DNA of 63,120 nt, filler included, from Octopus bimaculoides (Eukaryota): the NCBI RefSeq assembly GCF_001194135.2. It is 4 parts of 4 records of this genome, joined end to end, with 100 filler letters (N's around TTAATTAATTAA, not from the genome) between each part and the next. Parts side by side here need not be neighbours in the genome. Positions count along the whole stretch, not along the records: positions 1 to 27,872 come from NC_069000.1; positions 27,973 to 53,439 come from NC_068991.1; 2 more parts are not named here. One strand, 5' to 3'. Positions 23,074 to 36,752 of this stretch are shown one piece after another; within the stretch, counting starts at the first letter, position 1, and each line of letters begins with the position of its first letter. The notes beneath the pieces were generated by a model. It was given only the letters and a program-made list of their open reading frames with translations. It had not been told where the DNA came from and did no database searches. The position numbers and the translations under genes were made by a program.

Positions 23074-26000
23074 GTAAATATTGTTTTAACAACACTTTTG
23101 TCCTGTGTTTTAATTTGAAATGTTGTTTATGTTCACATCAATGTTAGTATGTTACTGAAATAGCATTAACATTCTGTATGACACAAATCCACTTGGTACT
23201 GTATCTGCCTGTCAGTCCTATACTACCCATATACAAATCAAACCACCTTTGTATATGTTTGATTTAAAAGAAATTATGAACTCTCTAATCTAGGAAGACA
23301 ACTTAATCCCTTCGTCTATTATTTATTTGTTTTCTGTAACAGTGACACGTGTAACTGAATTTTTGGATTTAAAAAAATTAAAAAAATTTTTTTTTTTTAG
23401 TTTTACTTTGCAGAAAATGCTGCTAAACATTCTTTGATCAACAACTTATTTGATGATTTAATTGATGGATTAAGAGTAAATAAGGCTTTGGGGAGGATAA
23501 CTGGATTGATATAGCTTTCTCATCCCTGCACACTTGGTATCTGACTTTACCTGAAGATTGATCCCATACTGAACCTTTTGCAAGTGTTGTTAGTTCAAAA
23601 ATACCTTTAGGACTTGATTTAGTGCTTGTTAAGTTTCTTTTTCCTACTCATCTTTTTCTATTGACCTTTGATTGGTACAGTCATGCAACAAACTAATTTT
23701 GATATGATATAAAAGGGAGCAGTCAACTTTGTTTTTTACATGTGCTGAAATTTGTATCTGTGGGTGTTGTTTCTGACATTAGCAATAATTTACCTGTAAA
23801 TTTCATAATGAGCGAGCTGCAAAAAGGTCAGGGAAAAACATTTATTTGTGTTTGGTTTGTTTGTATTTTTACTCTCTTACTTGTTTCAGTCATTTGACTA
23901 CAGCCATGCTGGAGCACTACCTTAAAGAGTTTTTAGTTGAAGACGTTGACCCCAGGACTTATTCTTTGTAAGCCCAGTACATATTCTATCGGTGACTTTT
24001 GTTGAACCGCTAGGTTACAGGGACGTAAACACACCAACATCAGTTGTCAAGTGATGGTGGGAGGACAAACACAGATACAAAGACACACACACACATAAAT
24101 ATATACACAATGGGCTTTCAGTATCCGTCTACTAAATTCACAAGGCTTTGGTTGGCCCAAGGTATAGGAGAAGACACTAGCCCAAGGTGCCATGCAGTGG
24201 AACTGAACCTGGAACCATGTGGTTTGGAAGCAAGCTTCTTACCACACATCCATGCCTGTCTATCACTAATTTTTCTTTCCATCAGGTGTCTCTTATTCCT
24301 TCACTCTTTCTGTCCATCTCTCTCTCTCCCTCACTTTTTGTTTAGTGTATCTGGGGTTTTTTAAGTTAGTATTACATAATTAATTTACAGTTACACATGC
24401 ACAATGTTATTTTTAGCACAAATGACTTACTATATTAAAAATTAAGTCATTTCTGCAGTGCTGCCACTTTTCACAATAATCTAACAAGTAAAGACACTTT
24501 CAAATAAACAAACCAATTTTTAGGTATTTTCTGGCCTTGACTTGAAACAATTTTCAACTGGATGTTAAAAGTTAATTATCTTTACCTTTCTACCACTAAT
24601 GATTGCTTCACAGTCACATGGTTTCTGGTTCAGTCCCATTGTATGGCACATTAGGGAAGTGTCTTTTACTGTAGTCCTAGGTTTGATGAATCCCTTGTTA
24701 ATGAATTTGGTAGATGGAAATTGTATGATGCCTGTTGTATGTGTGTGTGTGTGTCACTGTTCATATTCTGTGTATGATTGAATGGAAAAACGGTGGTAAC
24801 ACTTAAGGGTTAGCAACAAGAAGAGTATCTGGCTGAAAGTCAATGCCTTAATATGGAAATATGGATGTAGAATTAAACATATGATCTCTGTCATTATTTT
24901 ACTGAAATGTTAATTGTGTTCATATGTTTGGTTTGTTGTTATGCTACTGAAAAGTTGTGTTCACCCATCTGTTAGAGATATACACCTCACTTCATTTGTT
25001 TGATAATCTGTAACTATATCATGATATTATTAATTTGTAATAGAAATAAATTGATTACTTGTCATCTGTTTGTATGTTTCTAACTGAAATGACAAGTATT
25101 CAAACATATGAATCTCCAGTATAAGATGAGTGGGTTAGGTAGGACTTGGTACAGGTAGCATGAGACTAATCAGCTCTGAAAGGCAGAGGTTATTGTAGTA
25201 AGAGTAAAATAGGCAGAGTGAGGAGACAGCATATCTGTACAGTAGTGTGAAAAAATATCTCATCCTTAGGACAGAAGCTGGAGTGTATTGGTGAGCACCT
25301 GCCAGTCAACTGTGTGGCTTTGGAGAATGCAGTGTAGACTGTTTGTGTGTTTAGTAGCTGTGCTGTCTCAGATACTGGAGCAATATTCCAGTGTAAGTAT
25401 CATTTGAGTTTTGTAGAGAGTTAAAAACTGTTTGGAGCTCAAATATTCTCTGGTTGTGAAAAGGAAGGCTAAACTTTGGGCAGTAGTTTATACTACTTTG
25501 TAGATGTGAAATCATCAAGAGAGATCATTATTACTACGAAGTGCCACTAGTATTTGTCTTTACGGTTTGTCAGTTATTTTAGAGCAATTCTTATTTATTG
25601 TTTAATTCATGATAATTTGAGATAATTGATACTTCTTACTGGCAATGTCTTCATTTTTTGGCAGCAGAAACTCTATTTTACACTACAAACTTATATTACA
25701 ATTTAAGAAGTCATGGAGAAAAGAAATAATATTTATATAAACTACTGCCCAAAGTTTAGCCTTCCTTTTCACAACCAGAGAATATTTGAGCTCCTAACAG
25801 TTTTTAACTCTCTACAAAACTCAAGTTCAAGCAAATCTAATAAAAGTAAAACAGTTTTCAGTGTTAACAGTATTAATATTAATAATTTTTTACTGGTGAA
25901 TCACAGAAGGCTAAGTTTATAAAGTATCAGACTCCTAGTTGAAATAGCAGTTTGTGTCATATTGGTAGTACTGCACTGGGTTGAATGTCCTCGATATTTG

Positions 26001-26640
26001 ACATTCTGTGGTGCAGTCTAGCTAGGTTCCATGTGCAGGTACAGCTCACTACTGTATGTATTGGATTGTATTATAGTGAATGAACCAAAATACTTGGAAA
26101 ATTGAGAATGGGAAACTTGTCCAAAGTATTCTTGAAATATCCTTAAAAAGTGGTAGGATCATCCTGACTAGTATCTATAAATTATTAAGAAACAAACAAA
26201 CAACAACAATCACAACAGTTGTTATTTAGCTATGATTGAGTAGATCTATGATCAAAATTGATCCATTATGTCACCCCCTACCCTGATATAATATATCTAG
26301 GATTATATTATCCAATGTGTCCTTGCTTTTTTGTAAGATAATAAAGCATGATTTGAAGGAAACTTTAGTGTTTTTTCTAGCAGGTCAGGCAACAGCATAA
26401 AGGTTCCTACATTCACTCATTTATCTAACATATAATATAGAGTATATGTAGTATATTTTGTTGTTACTATTTCATCTCGGATCAACCCTGATGGAGCCAA
26501 GTTATGATGAAAGGTGTTCTAACTATAGCTAAGACTATATTACCCAATGTATCCTTCAATTTTTTGTAGAATGGTATTTGAGTGATATTTAGCTACTATT
26601 TCTAGTTGCTCTTATGACAAACTCTTATTTGTTGTTACAG

Positions 26641-26843
26641 GTGATGAGCTTCATCAGAAAATTGAGACAGAGCAGAGTGAAATTGAACGACTACACCAAG
26701 AAATTGTGGAGCTTAACTACTTAAGGCAGGATTCTGATTTAGATGAAATCAGCTGTAGTTCAGAGAGTAGCTCAGAAAGTGAAGATGAGGAAGAATTGCA
26801 AGAACATCTGAACCAGTTAATTCGTGACAATGAACTGCTTGAG
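26641..26843 (+). CDS. RALBP1: RALBP1 exon: coiled coil and SESESEDEEEL motif
   Basis: ttacAG|GT acceptor. Translates GDELHQKIETEQSEIERLHQEIVEL...SSESSSESEDEEELQEHLNQLIRDNELLE (human EKEEIERLRAEIAE...SSESESESEDEEELQIILEDLQRQNEELE). Donor GAG|GTATGT. Confidence 0.93.
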
Positions 26844-27140
26844 GTATGTATATGAGGATTTAATGTTTAGCTCTCAAGTCGATGTTGTTTGAAACAACAG
26901 TTCTTGTGGCTACCCCAATAAAACTTTAGTGCTTCAGTTCCAATTAAAACCATTCTACCACTTTCTTTGTGGTAGGATTGGTCTATGAGTATAGTATATT
27001 TCAATTTGTCGGATTAGCTGTGCAGTGAAATCTTGAGTTTTTGGGATCTATTAGACTGTGTTAGTCACTTAGCATGGTTCAATTACTGGAGTACAATTGT
27101 GCCAGTTTGCCCCTTGTTTTCTGTGGTAGGCATTCTTATT

Positions 27141-27364
27141 TCTTTATTGCCCACAAGGGGCTAAACACAAAGGGGACAAACAAAGACAGACAAAGGGATT
27201 AAGTCAATTACATCGACCCCAGTGTGTAACTGGTACTTAATTTATCAACCCCGAAAGGATGAAAGGCAAAGTCGACCTTGGCAGAATTTGAACTCAGAAC
27301 GTAGCGGCAGATGAAATATCGTTAAGCATTTTGCCCGGCATGCTAACGTTTCTGCCAGCTCGCT
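27141..27364 (-). mobile_element. tRNA-derived SINE (family A) with 12-bp TSD
   Basis: gcgagctggcagaaacgttagc...gttctgagttcaaattctgcc...gactttgcctttcatcctttcgggg. TSD ggcattcttatt at 27129-27140 and 27365-27376. Confidence 0.88.
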
Positions 27365-27562
27365 GGCATTCTTATTACTGATCATGAGCTGGTCTGGTAG
27401 TGAGTATTTGTTCAGTGATATTTGGGGAGGTACCTTTGAGTCACATCTTCATCTGTCAAACAGTGAAAGTTTTTCAGTGCCATTATTAGCAAATTTCTAG
27501 ATTGAAGGAGTATTTTGTTGAAATTCTGTAAATAGTGTTGGTTTCACTTTTCAGAAGATAAT

Positions 27563-27830
27563 CTTAATATATAAAACTGAGAATGTGTGTGCCTGTCTGT
27601 GTGAATCCCTAAAACTCGAGAACTACCCAACTGATTTCATTCAAATTTTACACATACCTTACAGTCCATGCAGTGTCATGGGCCAAAAGAATTTTCAACT
27701 TCTTGCCTAATGCGAGCCAGGAGCAATCCCTCATCTTTTACACTACTTAAGTATTATGTGTCAAAAGTGAAGCAATAAAATCTCTCTATTGTAATGTCAG
27801 ATACTTTCAGTTTGGTAGTTTCCCTATTAT
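27563..27830 (+). mobile_element. Helitron-like non-autonomous element, 5' part
   Basis: A|TCttaatatataaaa...tgtctgtgtg...aactgatttcattcaaattttacaca resembles common invertebrate non-autonomous Helitron 5' ends. Confidence 0.45.
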
Positions 27831-27872
27831 CTCACATATATATCTTACACATATACATGCATACATAAATAT

Positions 27873-27972
27873 NNNNNNNNNNNNNNNNNNNNNNNNNNNN
27901 NNNNNNNNNNNNNNNNTTAATTAATTAANNNNNNNNNNNNNNNNNNNNNNNNNNNNNNNNNNNNNNNNNNNN
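27873..27972. other. Artificial scaffold-joining spacer
   Basis: 44 N + TTAATTAATTAA (27917-27928) + 44 N = 100 bp. The linker puts stop codons in all six frames. Confidence 0.92.
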
Positions 27973-28077
<105 letters not shown>

Positions 28078-28535
28078 GCCTAAGATGGCGAGCTGGCAGA
28101 ATCGTTAGCATGCTGTGTGGAATGCTTAGCATCATTTGGTCCATCTTTATGTTCTGAGTTCAAATTCTACCGAGGTCAGCTTTGCCTTTCCTCTTTCCAG
28201 AGACGATAGGATCAACCCCAGTTAAGCACTGGGGTTGATGTAATTGACTTTTCCCCTCCCCTCAAATTTCAGGCTTTGTGCCTATAGTAGAAAGGATTAT
28301 TATTATCATAATCATCGTTCACCTCCTCCTCCTCCTCCTCCTTGGAGATCTTTTTTCTTTCATGCAATTCTCATAACCACCTTTGAAAACAACTGATTTT
28401 TTTCGGGGTGAGGAAAAGGAAAATATTTCGTTGCCACTTGTATTAAATCTATTCTAATTATTTATGAGACAAAATTTCTCAATAGTTAATTATTAATTAA
28501 TTATGATTTTTTTTTTTATTTCTGGTTTCTATTAG

Positions 28536-28690
28536 GAATACTTCTGGGAATAAAGGTTTTTATCATTGATTACATGTTTGAACATTTTCCTCGCTTAAAA
28601 GAAAAATACGATTCATCTCATCGGTTGTGGGAAAACCTCCCAACAGACGCAGAATATCGGAAGAAGACCACAAGAGTCCAAATTGATAAG
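28536..28690 (+). CDS. GRAMD4: GRAM domain-containing protein 4-like, internal exon
   Basis: ttctattAG|GA acceptor and AAG|GTAAGA donor. Translates ILLGIKVFIIDYMFEHFPRLKEKYDSSHRLWENLPTDAEYRKKTTRVQIDK, resembling recalled human GRAMD4 GIKFFLIDFIFKRCPRLRAKYDTPYIIWRSLPTD. Phase 1 to 0. Confidence 0.8.
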
Positions 28691-30224
28691 GTAAGACTAA
28701 TTATTGGCTTCATTCATTTCTATTATTAGTTTTGTTTTGTATCTCCCTTATCTTTTTCTTTTTTTTATTTTACTCATTTGTTTACTGTTTATGATAATAA
28801 TTGGCATGTTGTATACAGTGCTCAGGTGCACTGCAACTTATCAGGAAATGGTAAAAAAAAGGGAACCAAAAGCAGAGTTAGTCAAGTAAAGAAGAACAGC
28901 AAGGAAAACTAGAAGTGCATGCATGATATACATGATAAAACCCCAAAAGACAGGAAGATGAGAGTCATAAAGATAATGGTTACAGAGGCACATGAGGAAT
29001 AATGTTGGGCAATTTCAGGAAACATGGAATTCTTGAAGGATGCAGTGTCCTGGCAACTAACAATTGATTTGGCTAATTGATTTCATGCTTCAACAATTCT
29101 ATGTATTAAAAATATGTCTTCAAAAGTCATGGATGTTGTGCTGTTTTGTGAATTTATATGCATGTCCACAAGAGCTCAAAAAAGTGGGCAAATTTGTTGT
29201 TGGAAAGATGGTGGATAGTCTTGTGAGCTTCTAACAAGTCAACTGCTAAACATTGAAACTTTAGTGTCAATACCATGAGAAGCAAAGCATTCAAGAAATG
29301 GTAAAGAATTGACAAATGGTATTTGCCTGATTGCATCTCTACATTCACAGAGTCGCTTATGAGATTCTTTGAATGTAAGATTGATCATAGCTGCTGACAA
29401 CTCACTGTGACATTTTAAATCATATGATATCTTAAATCTTATAGGTACTATTAATTATGGCCCTTATTGTCTATCATAGCTTTGTATCTTAACCTTTTCT
29501 TTACCAAATTTCTGTTGAAATATATGCTGCTTTTGTTTCATTTATTTATTTTGAAAATAATGAAGAATATAGTAAAATAACTTTCTCGTTAAGTTATTGT
29601 TTGGAACATAAGTCAACATTATAACGGGAAGTTTTAATTTAAATCCCTTTAAAATAGAAAGTTTGTATCAAAGGGCCAAGGATGGATTCAGACAGGTTGA
29701 TATTGATAAATATACACATGGGTCTTAATTTTGTAGTTGATGAAAACTTGTAATTTTGTATTTTTGCAACTTTATATCATACAAATAGGCATAACACTAT
29801 ATATTATAGTCACATGTTTGCCTTACAGAAAGCCTGACCAAAACAGAAAAGAAAAAACATTGGCTTTATCATAGGCAATCTATAAAGTATGAGGTTAACG
29901 TGATTGGAGTTAATCGTAACAACTGCTGTCAACTGGAAAGTTTCTATGCAATATTTGCATTTAAGATCCACAAAAAGACATCCACATACAATGATGGTAG
30001 AAAATCTCAGTAGATGCATAGGTTCTGGGTTCTAACCGATGGGATGGGTGAGGCGTGCTGGCAGTGGGGTGGGTGCTGGCAGTGGAGTGGAGGTGGGGTT
30101 GAACAAATGTCTTTTACAAGAGCCACAGGCTGACTAAAGCCTTGTAAATCCATTTGGTAAATAGAAACTGAAAGCAACCCATTATATCTATCTACATATA
30201 AATATGTGTGTGTATGTATGTATA

Positions 30225-31310
30225 TCATCATCATCTAACGTCCGCTTTCCATGCTAGCATGGGTTGGACGATTTGACTGAGGACTGGTGAAACCGGATGG
30301 CAACACCAGGCTCCAGTCTGATTTGGCAGAGTTTCTACAGCTGGATGCCCTTCTTAACGCCAACCACTCAGAGAGTGTAGTGGGTGCTTTTACGTGTCAC
30401 CCGCACGAAAACGGCCACGCTCGANNNNNNNNNNNNNNNNNNNNNNNNNNNNNNNNNNNNNNNNNNNNNNNNNNNNNNNNNNNNNNNNNNNNNNNNNNNN
30501 NNNNNNNNNNNNNNNNNNNNNNNNNNNNNNNNNNNNNNNNNNNNNNNNNNNNNNNNNNNNNNNNNNNNNNNNNNNNNNNNNNNNNNNNNNNNNNNNNNNN
30601 NNNNNNNNNNNNNNNNNNNNNNNNNNNNNNNNNNNNNNNNNNNNNNNNNNNNNNNNNNNNNNNNNNNNNNNNNNNNNNNNNNNNNNNNNNNNNNNNNNNN
30701 NNNNNNNNNNNNNNNNNNNNNNNNNNNNNNNNNNNNNNNNNNNNNNNNNNNNNNNNNNNNNNNNNNNNNNNNNNNNNNNNNNNNNNNNNNNNNNNNNNNN
30801 NNNNNNNNNNNNNNNNNNNNNNNNNNNNNNNNNNNNNNNNNNNNNNNNNNNNNNNNNNNNNNNNNNNNNNNNNNNNNNNNNNNNNNNNNNNNNNNNNNNN
30901 NNNNNNNNNNNNNNNNNNNNNNNNNNCCTCTTCCACGGGTTCCCTCAACTGTTAGGGTGTGGCACTTTTTCACGCAGCTATCCTCCTCCATTCTCACCAC
31001 ATGTCCATACCAGCGCAATCGTCTCTCTTGCACGCCACAACTGATGCTTCTAATGTTCAGCTTTTCTCTCAAGATACTTACACTCTGACGGGTATTCACA
31101 TTGACATTACACATCCAACGGAGCATACTGGCTTCATTCCTTGCGAGCTTACGTATGTCCTCAGCAGTTACAGCCCATGTTTCACTGCCATGTAGCATGG
31201 TTGTTCGTACGCATGCGTCATACAGTCTGCCTTTTACTCTGAGTGAGAGTCCCTTTGTCGCCAGCAAGAGTAAGAGGTCTCTAAACTTTGCCCAGGCTAT
31301 TCTTATTCTA
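30225..31310 (-). mobile_element. RTE LINE 3' portion (spans gap 30425-30926)
   Basis: ORF 31267 reads KGLSLRVKGRLYDACVRTTMLHGSETW...LRWYGHVVRM. Tail at 30225. Confidence 0.92.
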
Positions 31311-31312
31311 TA

Positions 31313-31355
<43 letters not shown>

Positions 31356-31781
31356 CAATGACAACAGATGGATAATGTGTTAATGCTGCTATTTCCATCA
31401 AATTGATTGTATTTTTCGACTCCGCTCAGTGCCTTCCCATTCAAGTACCTGATTCACTTGAATCCGGATCTATTGTTTTTAAGAAGATAATTGGGTTTGT
31501 TTGCATGAAATTCAGCTCTGCTATACATTATGTTGATGTTGTTATTATTTAGCCCTAGGTCAACTACCACCAAGTAAACTTTTGAACAAAAGAGTATTAC
31601 AGCCAGGACCATCTTGTCTTAATAAGGGTTTCTAGGAACACATTCGGCAATGCAACCTGCTCTTTCCAGCATGGTAAGACTGGGAGTGAGGGAGGTTTGG
31701 CTGTTATTTCTAGGAAATCAAATGGCCACATAGAGACCATCTTGATGGTTTACGCTGGTAGTGGTGGTAGTTGCTGAAACG

Positions 31782-31846
<65 letters not shown>

Positions 31847-32280
31847 GGTGGTGGTNNNNNNNNNNNNNNNNNNNNNNNNNNNNNNNNNNNNNNNNNNNNN
31901 NNNNNNNNNNNNNNNNNNNNNNNNNNNNNNNNNNNNNNNNNNNNNNNNNNNNNNNNNNNNNNNNNNNNNNNNNNNNNNNNNNNNNNNNNNNNNNNNNNNN
32001 NNNNNNNNNNNNNNNNNNNNNNNNNNNNNNNNNNNNNNNNNNNNNNNNNNNNNNNNNNNNNNNNNNNNNNNNNNNNNNNNNNNNNNNNNNNNNNNNNNNN
32101 NNNNNNNNNNNNNNNNNNNNNNNNNNNNNNNNNNNNNNNNNNNNNNNNNNNNNNNNNNNNNNNNNNNNNNNNNNNNNNNNNNNNNNNNNNNGAATGTGAA
32201 TGATAAGGCTTTGTGTATTGTAGAAATTTTGATTTAGTGGTTTAATGAATTGGGTGAGAAGAACAGTGAAAATTGATGAG

Positions 32281-32322
<42 letters not shown>

Positions 32323-33172
32323 GGGACAAACTGGCAGATGAAGTGAATGATAGATAGGCAGGTAGATTGACAGGGAGAGACAGGTAGATGAGCAAACAGA
32401 CAAGCAGACAGCTACTGACTGATAGACAGACTGATAAATAAACTAGCAAGCAGACAGAGAGAGAGACAGGTGGGCAGGTAGGCAAGCAGGCAGGTAACCA
32501 AGCAGGTAAGAAGATAGACAGAAGTTGTTCACAGAGAATCAGTTAATGAAAAAGGAGAAACAGAAATAAGCTGTAATGAGAGAGAGAGAGAAGAGAATAA
32601 AAGTTTGTGTACTGAAAATAAAGAGTGGGGCAGCTATTGTCCAAAAGGATGTATTGTGATTCCTAGAACATGTGTTAAATGAATTTTGAGAAAACATTCA
32701 CTTATCTCTCACCCACCAATCAATCAACCATTTGATGCTAAAACGTAATTATTTCAATTCTATATTTCTGAGAGAAGGAATATATATTGTGTATACTGTT
32801 TTTTTTTATGAATCAAACTGGTGTCCTTCTCGTCTTGATTGTTATTTTCACTACATTTCTGCTGTTGTACGTTCCAGCCTTATTTGGGTGTCTTGTTCTG
32901 AATTCAGTTGTTGTATCAGAATTTCAAACCTAATCTTTTATTTGATTCATGGGGATACATTGCTCTCATACCATTCTCTGCATTTCATAACATTTTTCAC
33001 ACCTCAAGAAGTTTGGAGCATACAACAGCCAAAACCATAGTGACAGCATCAGTCAAGGTGAGGAGGGGGGTGTGGTGGCAGTCGGACTAATGTCAATAGT
33101 GTACTTAATAATAATAATTCCAATTTAAATCATGAGATTCTTGTTTAAATGACAGTTATTTCCCTGTGACAG

Positions 33173-33487
33173 GTTGCATCGTTTCTTAATATCAATCGGC
33201 AAGATACATGTTGCCAAGCTAAAACAAAACAGCTTGATCTGTACCATGAGCCTAGCAATACCAGCTGTAACTCAAAACCAAGATTTGAAATCTTGGCTCA
33301 TTTTTTGGCAGCAATAGATATAAATGATCCGAAAGCAGAATCAATAATTAAAAAGTTCCAACATATTCTGGCACAGAAATGGGAGAAATATTCCAGTGCT
33401 GCCACACATTTCGAAAACGAACTCTCATCGTTAAGCCGTGGTTCTTTCACATTCAATGAAAACTCCTTTGATTTGACACCCAAACAT
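33173..33487 (+). CDS. Candidate exon continuing the GRAMD4-like gene, no recognised domain
   Basis: tccctgtgacAG|GTT acceptor, 315 nt with no stop (VASFLNINRQ...FEILAHFLAAIDINDPKAESIIKKFQHILAQKWEKY...FDLTPKH), donor CAT|GTGAGT. Phase 0-0, matching the previous exon. Non-repetitive sequence. Confidence 0.6.
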
Positions 33488-33614
33488 GTGAGTATGGGTC
33501 AGTTGATTTAAAACTGAGAATATTATGACCCTCTACACTGCAATCAGTTACCTTTTGTCCTCACCATACCCTAATAACTTGTTACAAATGCAGTAAGAAG
33601 CAAACATAGGCTTT

Positions 33615-33659
<45 letters not shown>

Positions 33660-36600
33660 GTTGTTGTTATTTGTAGCAAAAAAAAAAAGCACAATTATAT
33701 TTATTCACTGACAAATTTTTGGAATTCCGTATATTGTATAAGTCATAATGAGCAAGAGTGTTAAGATAAAAGAGAATATTTTTAGCAGCATTTGATTTAA
33801 TCCATTATGTCCTGAGTTCAATTTCCACTGGGCTCAGCTTTGACTTTCATCTTTTCAGGGTCAATACAATAAATACCAGTTGAGCAGTGGAGGCAATGAA
33901 TAGCCCCTTTCCCCACCCATCAAAATTTCTGTTTATAATAAAAACAATTCTGTTATTGTTATTATTCTCAAAAAGAAAAAAAAAAGGATAATCATATTTA
34001 CTTGCTAACAAATAATTTTGGTGTTTTAGGATCCCTGCATATTCTATGTATTGTCTAAATCATAACCACAGCAACATTAAAGCATCGGACAAAATGCTTA
34101 GCACTGTTTCTTCTGACTCATTACATTCTGAGTTCAATTCCCATCAAGGTCTTTTCATCCTTTCCAGGTTGATAAAATAAGCAATTGTTTGAGCATTAAG
34201 GGTCAATGTAATTGACTTGCCTGACCCCTAAAAATTGCTGATCTTGTACCAAAAATTAGAAAGTATTATTATCATCAAGGCATTGAGCTGGCAGAATTGT
34301 TAGGCCATGGGGCAAAATGCTTAGTGGCATTTCACCCATCTTTATGTTCTGAGTTCAAATTCTGCCAAGATCTACTTTGCCTTTCATCTTTTCTGGGTTG
34401 ATAAATTAAGTACCAGTTGTATACTGGTGTCAATTAACCCTTCCTCTTAAATTTCAGGCCTTGTGCCTAAAGTAGAAAGGATTATTATCATCATTATTTT
34501 ATTATTATTGAGTGAGAGAGCAGTGCATGCCATCAAAGTGACACAGGGGTACAAATATACAAAGCCCAGTATACCCATCATGACTACCCGTCTGATAAGG
34601 GTACACCAGGCACATGCATCACAACCATATGTGTATGACATGGTGACCTTATATCAAGATAAATGATGCATGACCTTGCAGATGGTGCCCAATTAGAATT
34701 TTCTTCAGGTCAAGTAGCCCCTCCTATTCAAAAGGTCCCTGAATAAGGGTTGTTTGGGGACGATGAATGACACACCCATGTTTCCTGAGGTGAATTATTC
34801 AAATCCAAAAGAATCCCTCTCAACACATGGCTATGATGTTCACCCACCACTTCTGCTCATAATCATCATTTGCTGAGGGACATGCTCATATGGTTATGCT
34901 CAAGCAAGTAACAAGCAAATTTGCAATATTGATCAGAATATTTGCTGTGGCCATCTTTTATACCAAGACAAAACTATGTACATGATAACATTTGCAATCA
35001 GTTAAGATCAGAAGCCATGAGAGTAACTGCCTGGTATTGCATCATGGAAATTATTATTATTAGTTTTAAAATAAGTACAATTATATTCACTTGTTAACAA
35101 ATAACTCTGGTGTTTAAGGAACTTTTCATATTGTGTATATAATTGGTAAATAATTTTTCTGTGAGTGAAATGTTCAACACTAATAGTCACCTATGTATAC
35201 ACAAACCCCTTTTCTTCCATATTTTCTTTAACAAACATGTCTCTTGTACCCACCTAGCTGTACATTGCACATCTACGACTAGCGAATGATTTCAGTTATA
35301 GAATGGAATTAATATTTAGGAAATGAAAGACAGCAAAACTAGCAGAATGGTCAGCATGCTGGGTAAAATGCTTAGTGGCGTTTTGTCCATCTTTACATTC
35401 TGAGTTCAAATTCTGCCAAGATGGACTTTGCCTTTCAGTGTCAATAAAATAAGTACCAGTTGAAAACTGGGGTTGATGTAATTGACTTACCCCACCCCTC
35501 TGAAATTGCTGGCTTTGTGCCAAAATTAGAAACCAATATTTTGTAAATGAGTGCCCCTGTCATACAAGTGGTATCCTTCATTTCCAATCTTCCATGGAAA
35601 CATCTCTGATCATGGAGAACTATTGTCCTGATTGGAAACAGATGAGGATAGACAACTGCAAAGGCAACTGGCCATAGAGAATCTACCTCAACAAAATCTG
35701 TCCAAACTATGCAATCATGGTAAAGTGGATGTTAAAAACATGGTGATTTACACTTGTTCGTATATTTGACCAAAGTCTTGCGAATGAATTTGGGAGACAG
35801 AAACTAAAAGGAACCCATCATACGTGTGTGTGTGTGTGTATGTGTAATTATGTGTGTGTGTGTATGTAGCCCTGTCTTGACATCATATGATGCTTGTAAC
35901 TAAATGTCACTATCATACAAGTGATGTTCTTGTTCCTCATTTTCTGCAAAAACCATTGTTTGGCCATGGCGCAAATATTACCTGGTTTGAAAACAGGTGA
36001 CGACTGACAACAGGGAGAATATCCAGCCATAGAAAATCTGCCAAACTCTATCCAACCTATGTATGCAAGCATGGAGAATTAAATGTTAAAACGATGGTGG
36101 TGGTGGTGGTGGTGGCTGTGAGTTCAGTTCCACTGTGTGGGGCCTTGGGCAAGTGTCTACTCTTTTAATCTCAGGCTGGTCAAGGTCTTGTGAATGGATT
36201 TAACAAATGGAAACAGAAAGAAGCCCATCATGTGTGTGTGTGTGTTTGTCCCCCACCACATGACAACTGGTGTTAGTTCGTTTATGTCCCTATAACTTAG
36301 TGATTTGGCAAAAGAAACTGATAGAATAAATATTAGGCTGAAAAAATGTTCTGGAGTCAATTTTTAAGCCTGGTACTTATTTTATTGTTCTCTTTTTGTT
36401 GAACTGCTAAGTTACAGAGACTCAAATAAATCAACTCCAGTTATCAAGTGGTGTGGTGGGAGAAGACAAACACAAAGACATGCCCCCCCCCCCATGTTGG
36501 ACCACTGAACTCTACACAGTTTCTCTCTCTCCATTTTTTTTTTCTTTGTCATTCTCTCTCCATTTTTACTTCTTGTTCCTTTCTGTTGAAGAGAATATAC

Positions 36601-36702
36601 TCAGAACATGAAAGACTTTTCCACTTCTCTTGAGCATTAAACTAATACACCTGTTTGTTGTTCCTACACCTCTCTTCATCTTTTGTTATTTTTGTAAATT
36701 TG

Positions 36703-36752
<50 letters not shown>

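Noticed and set aside
27917-27928. TTAATTAATTAA palindrome recurring three times as a biological motif (e.g. piggyBac TTAA site)
   Set aside because: Always centred in exactly 44+44 N. It is a six-frame-stop assembly linker.
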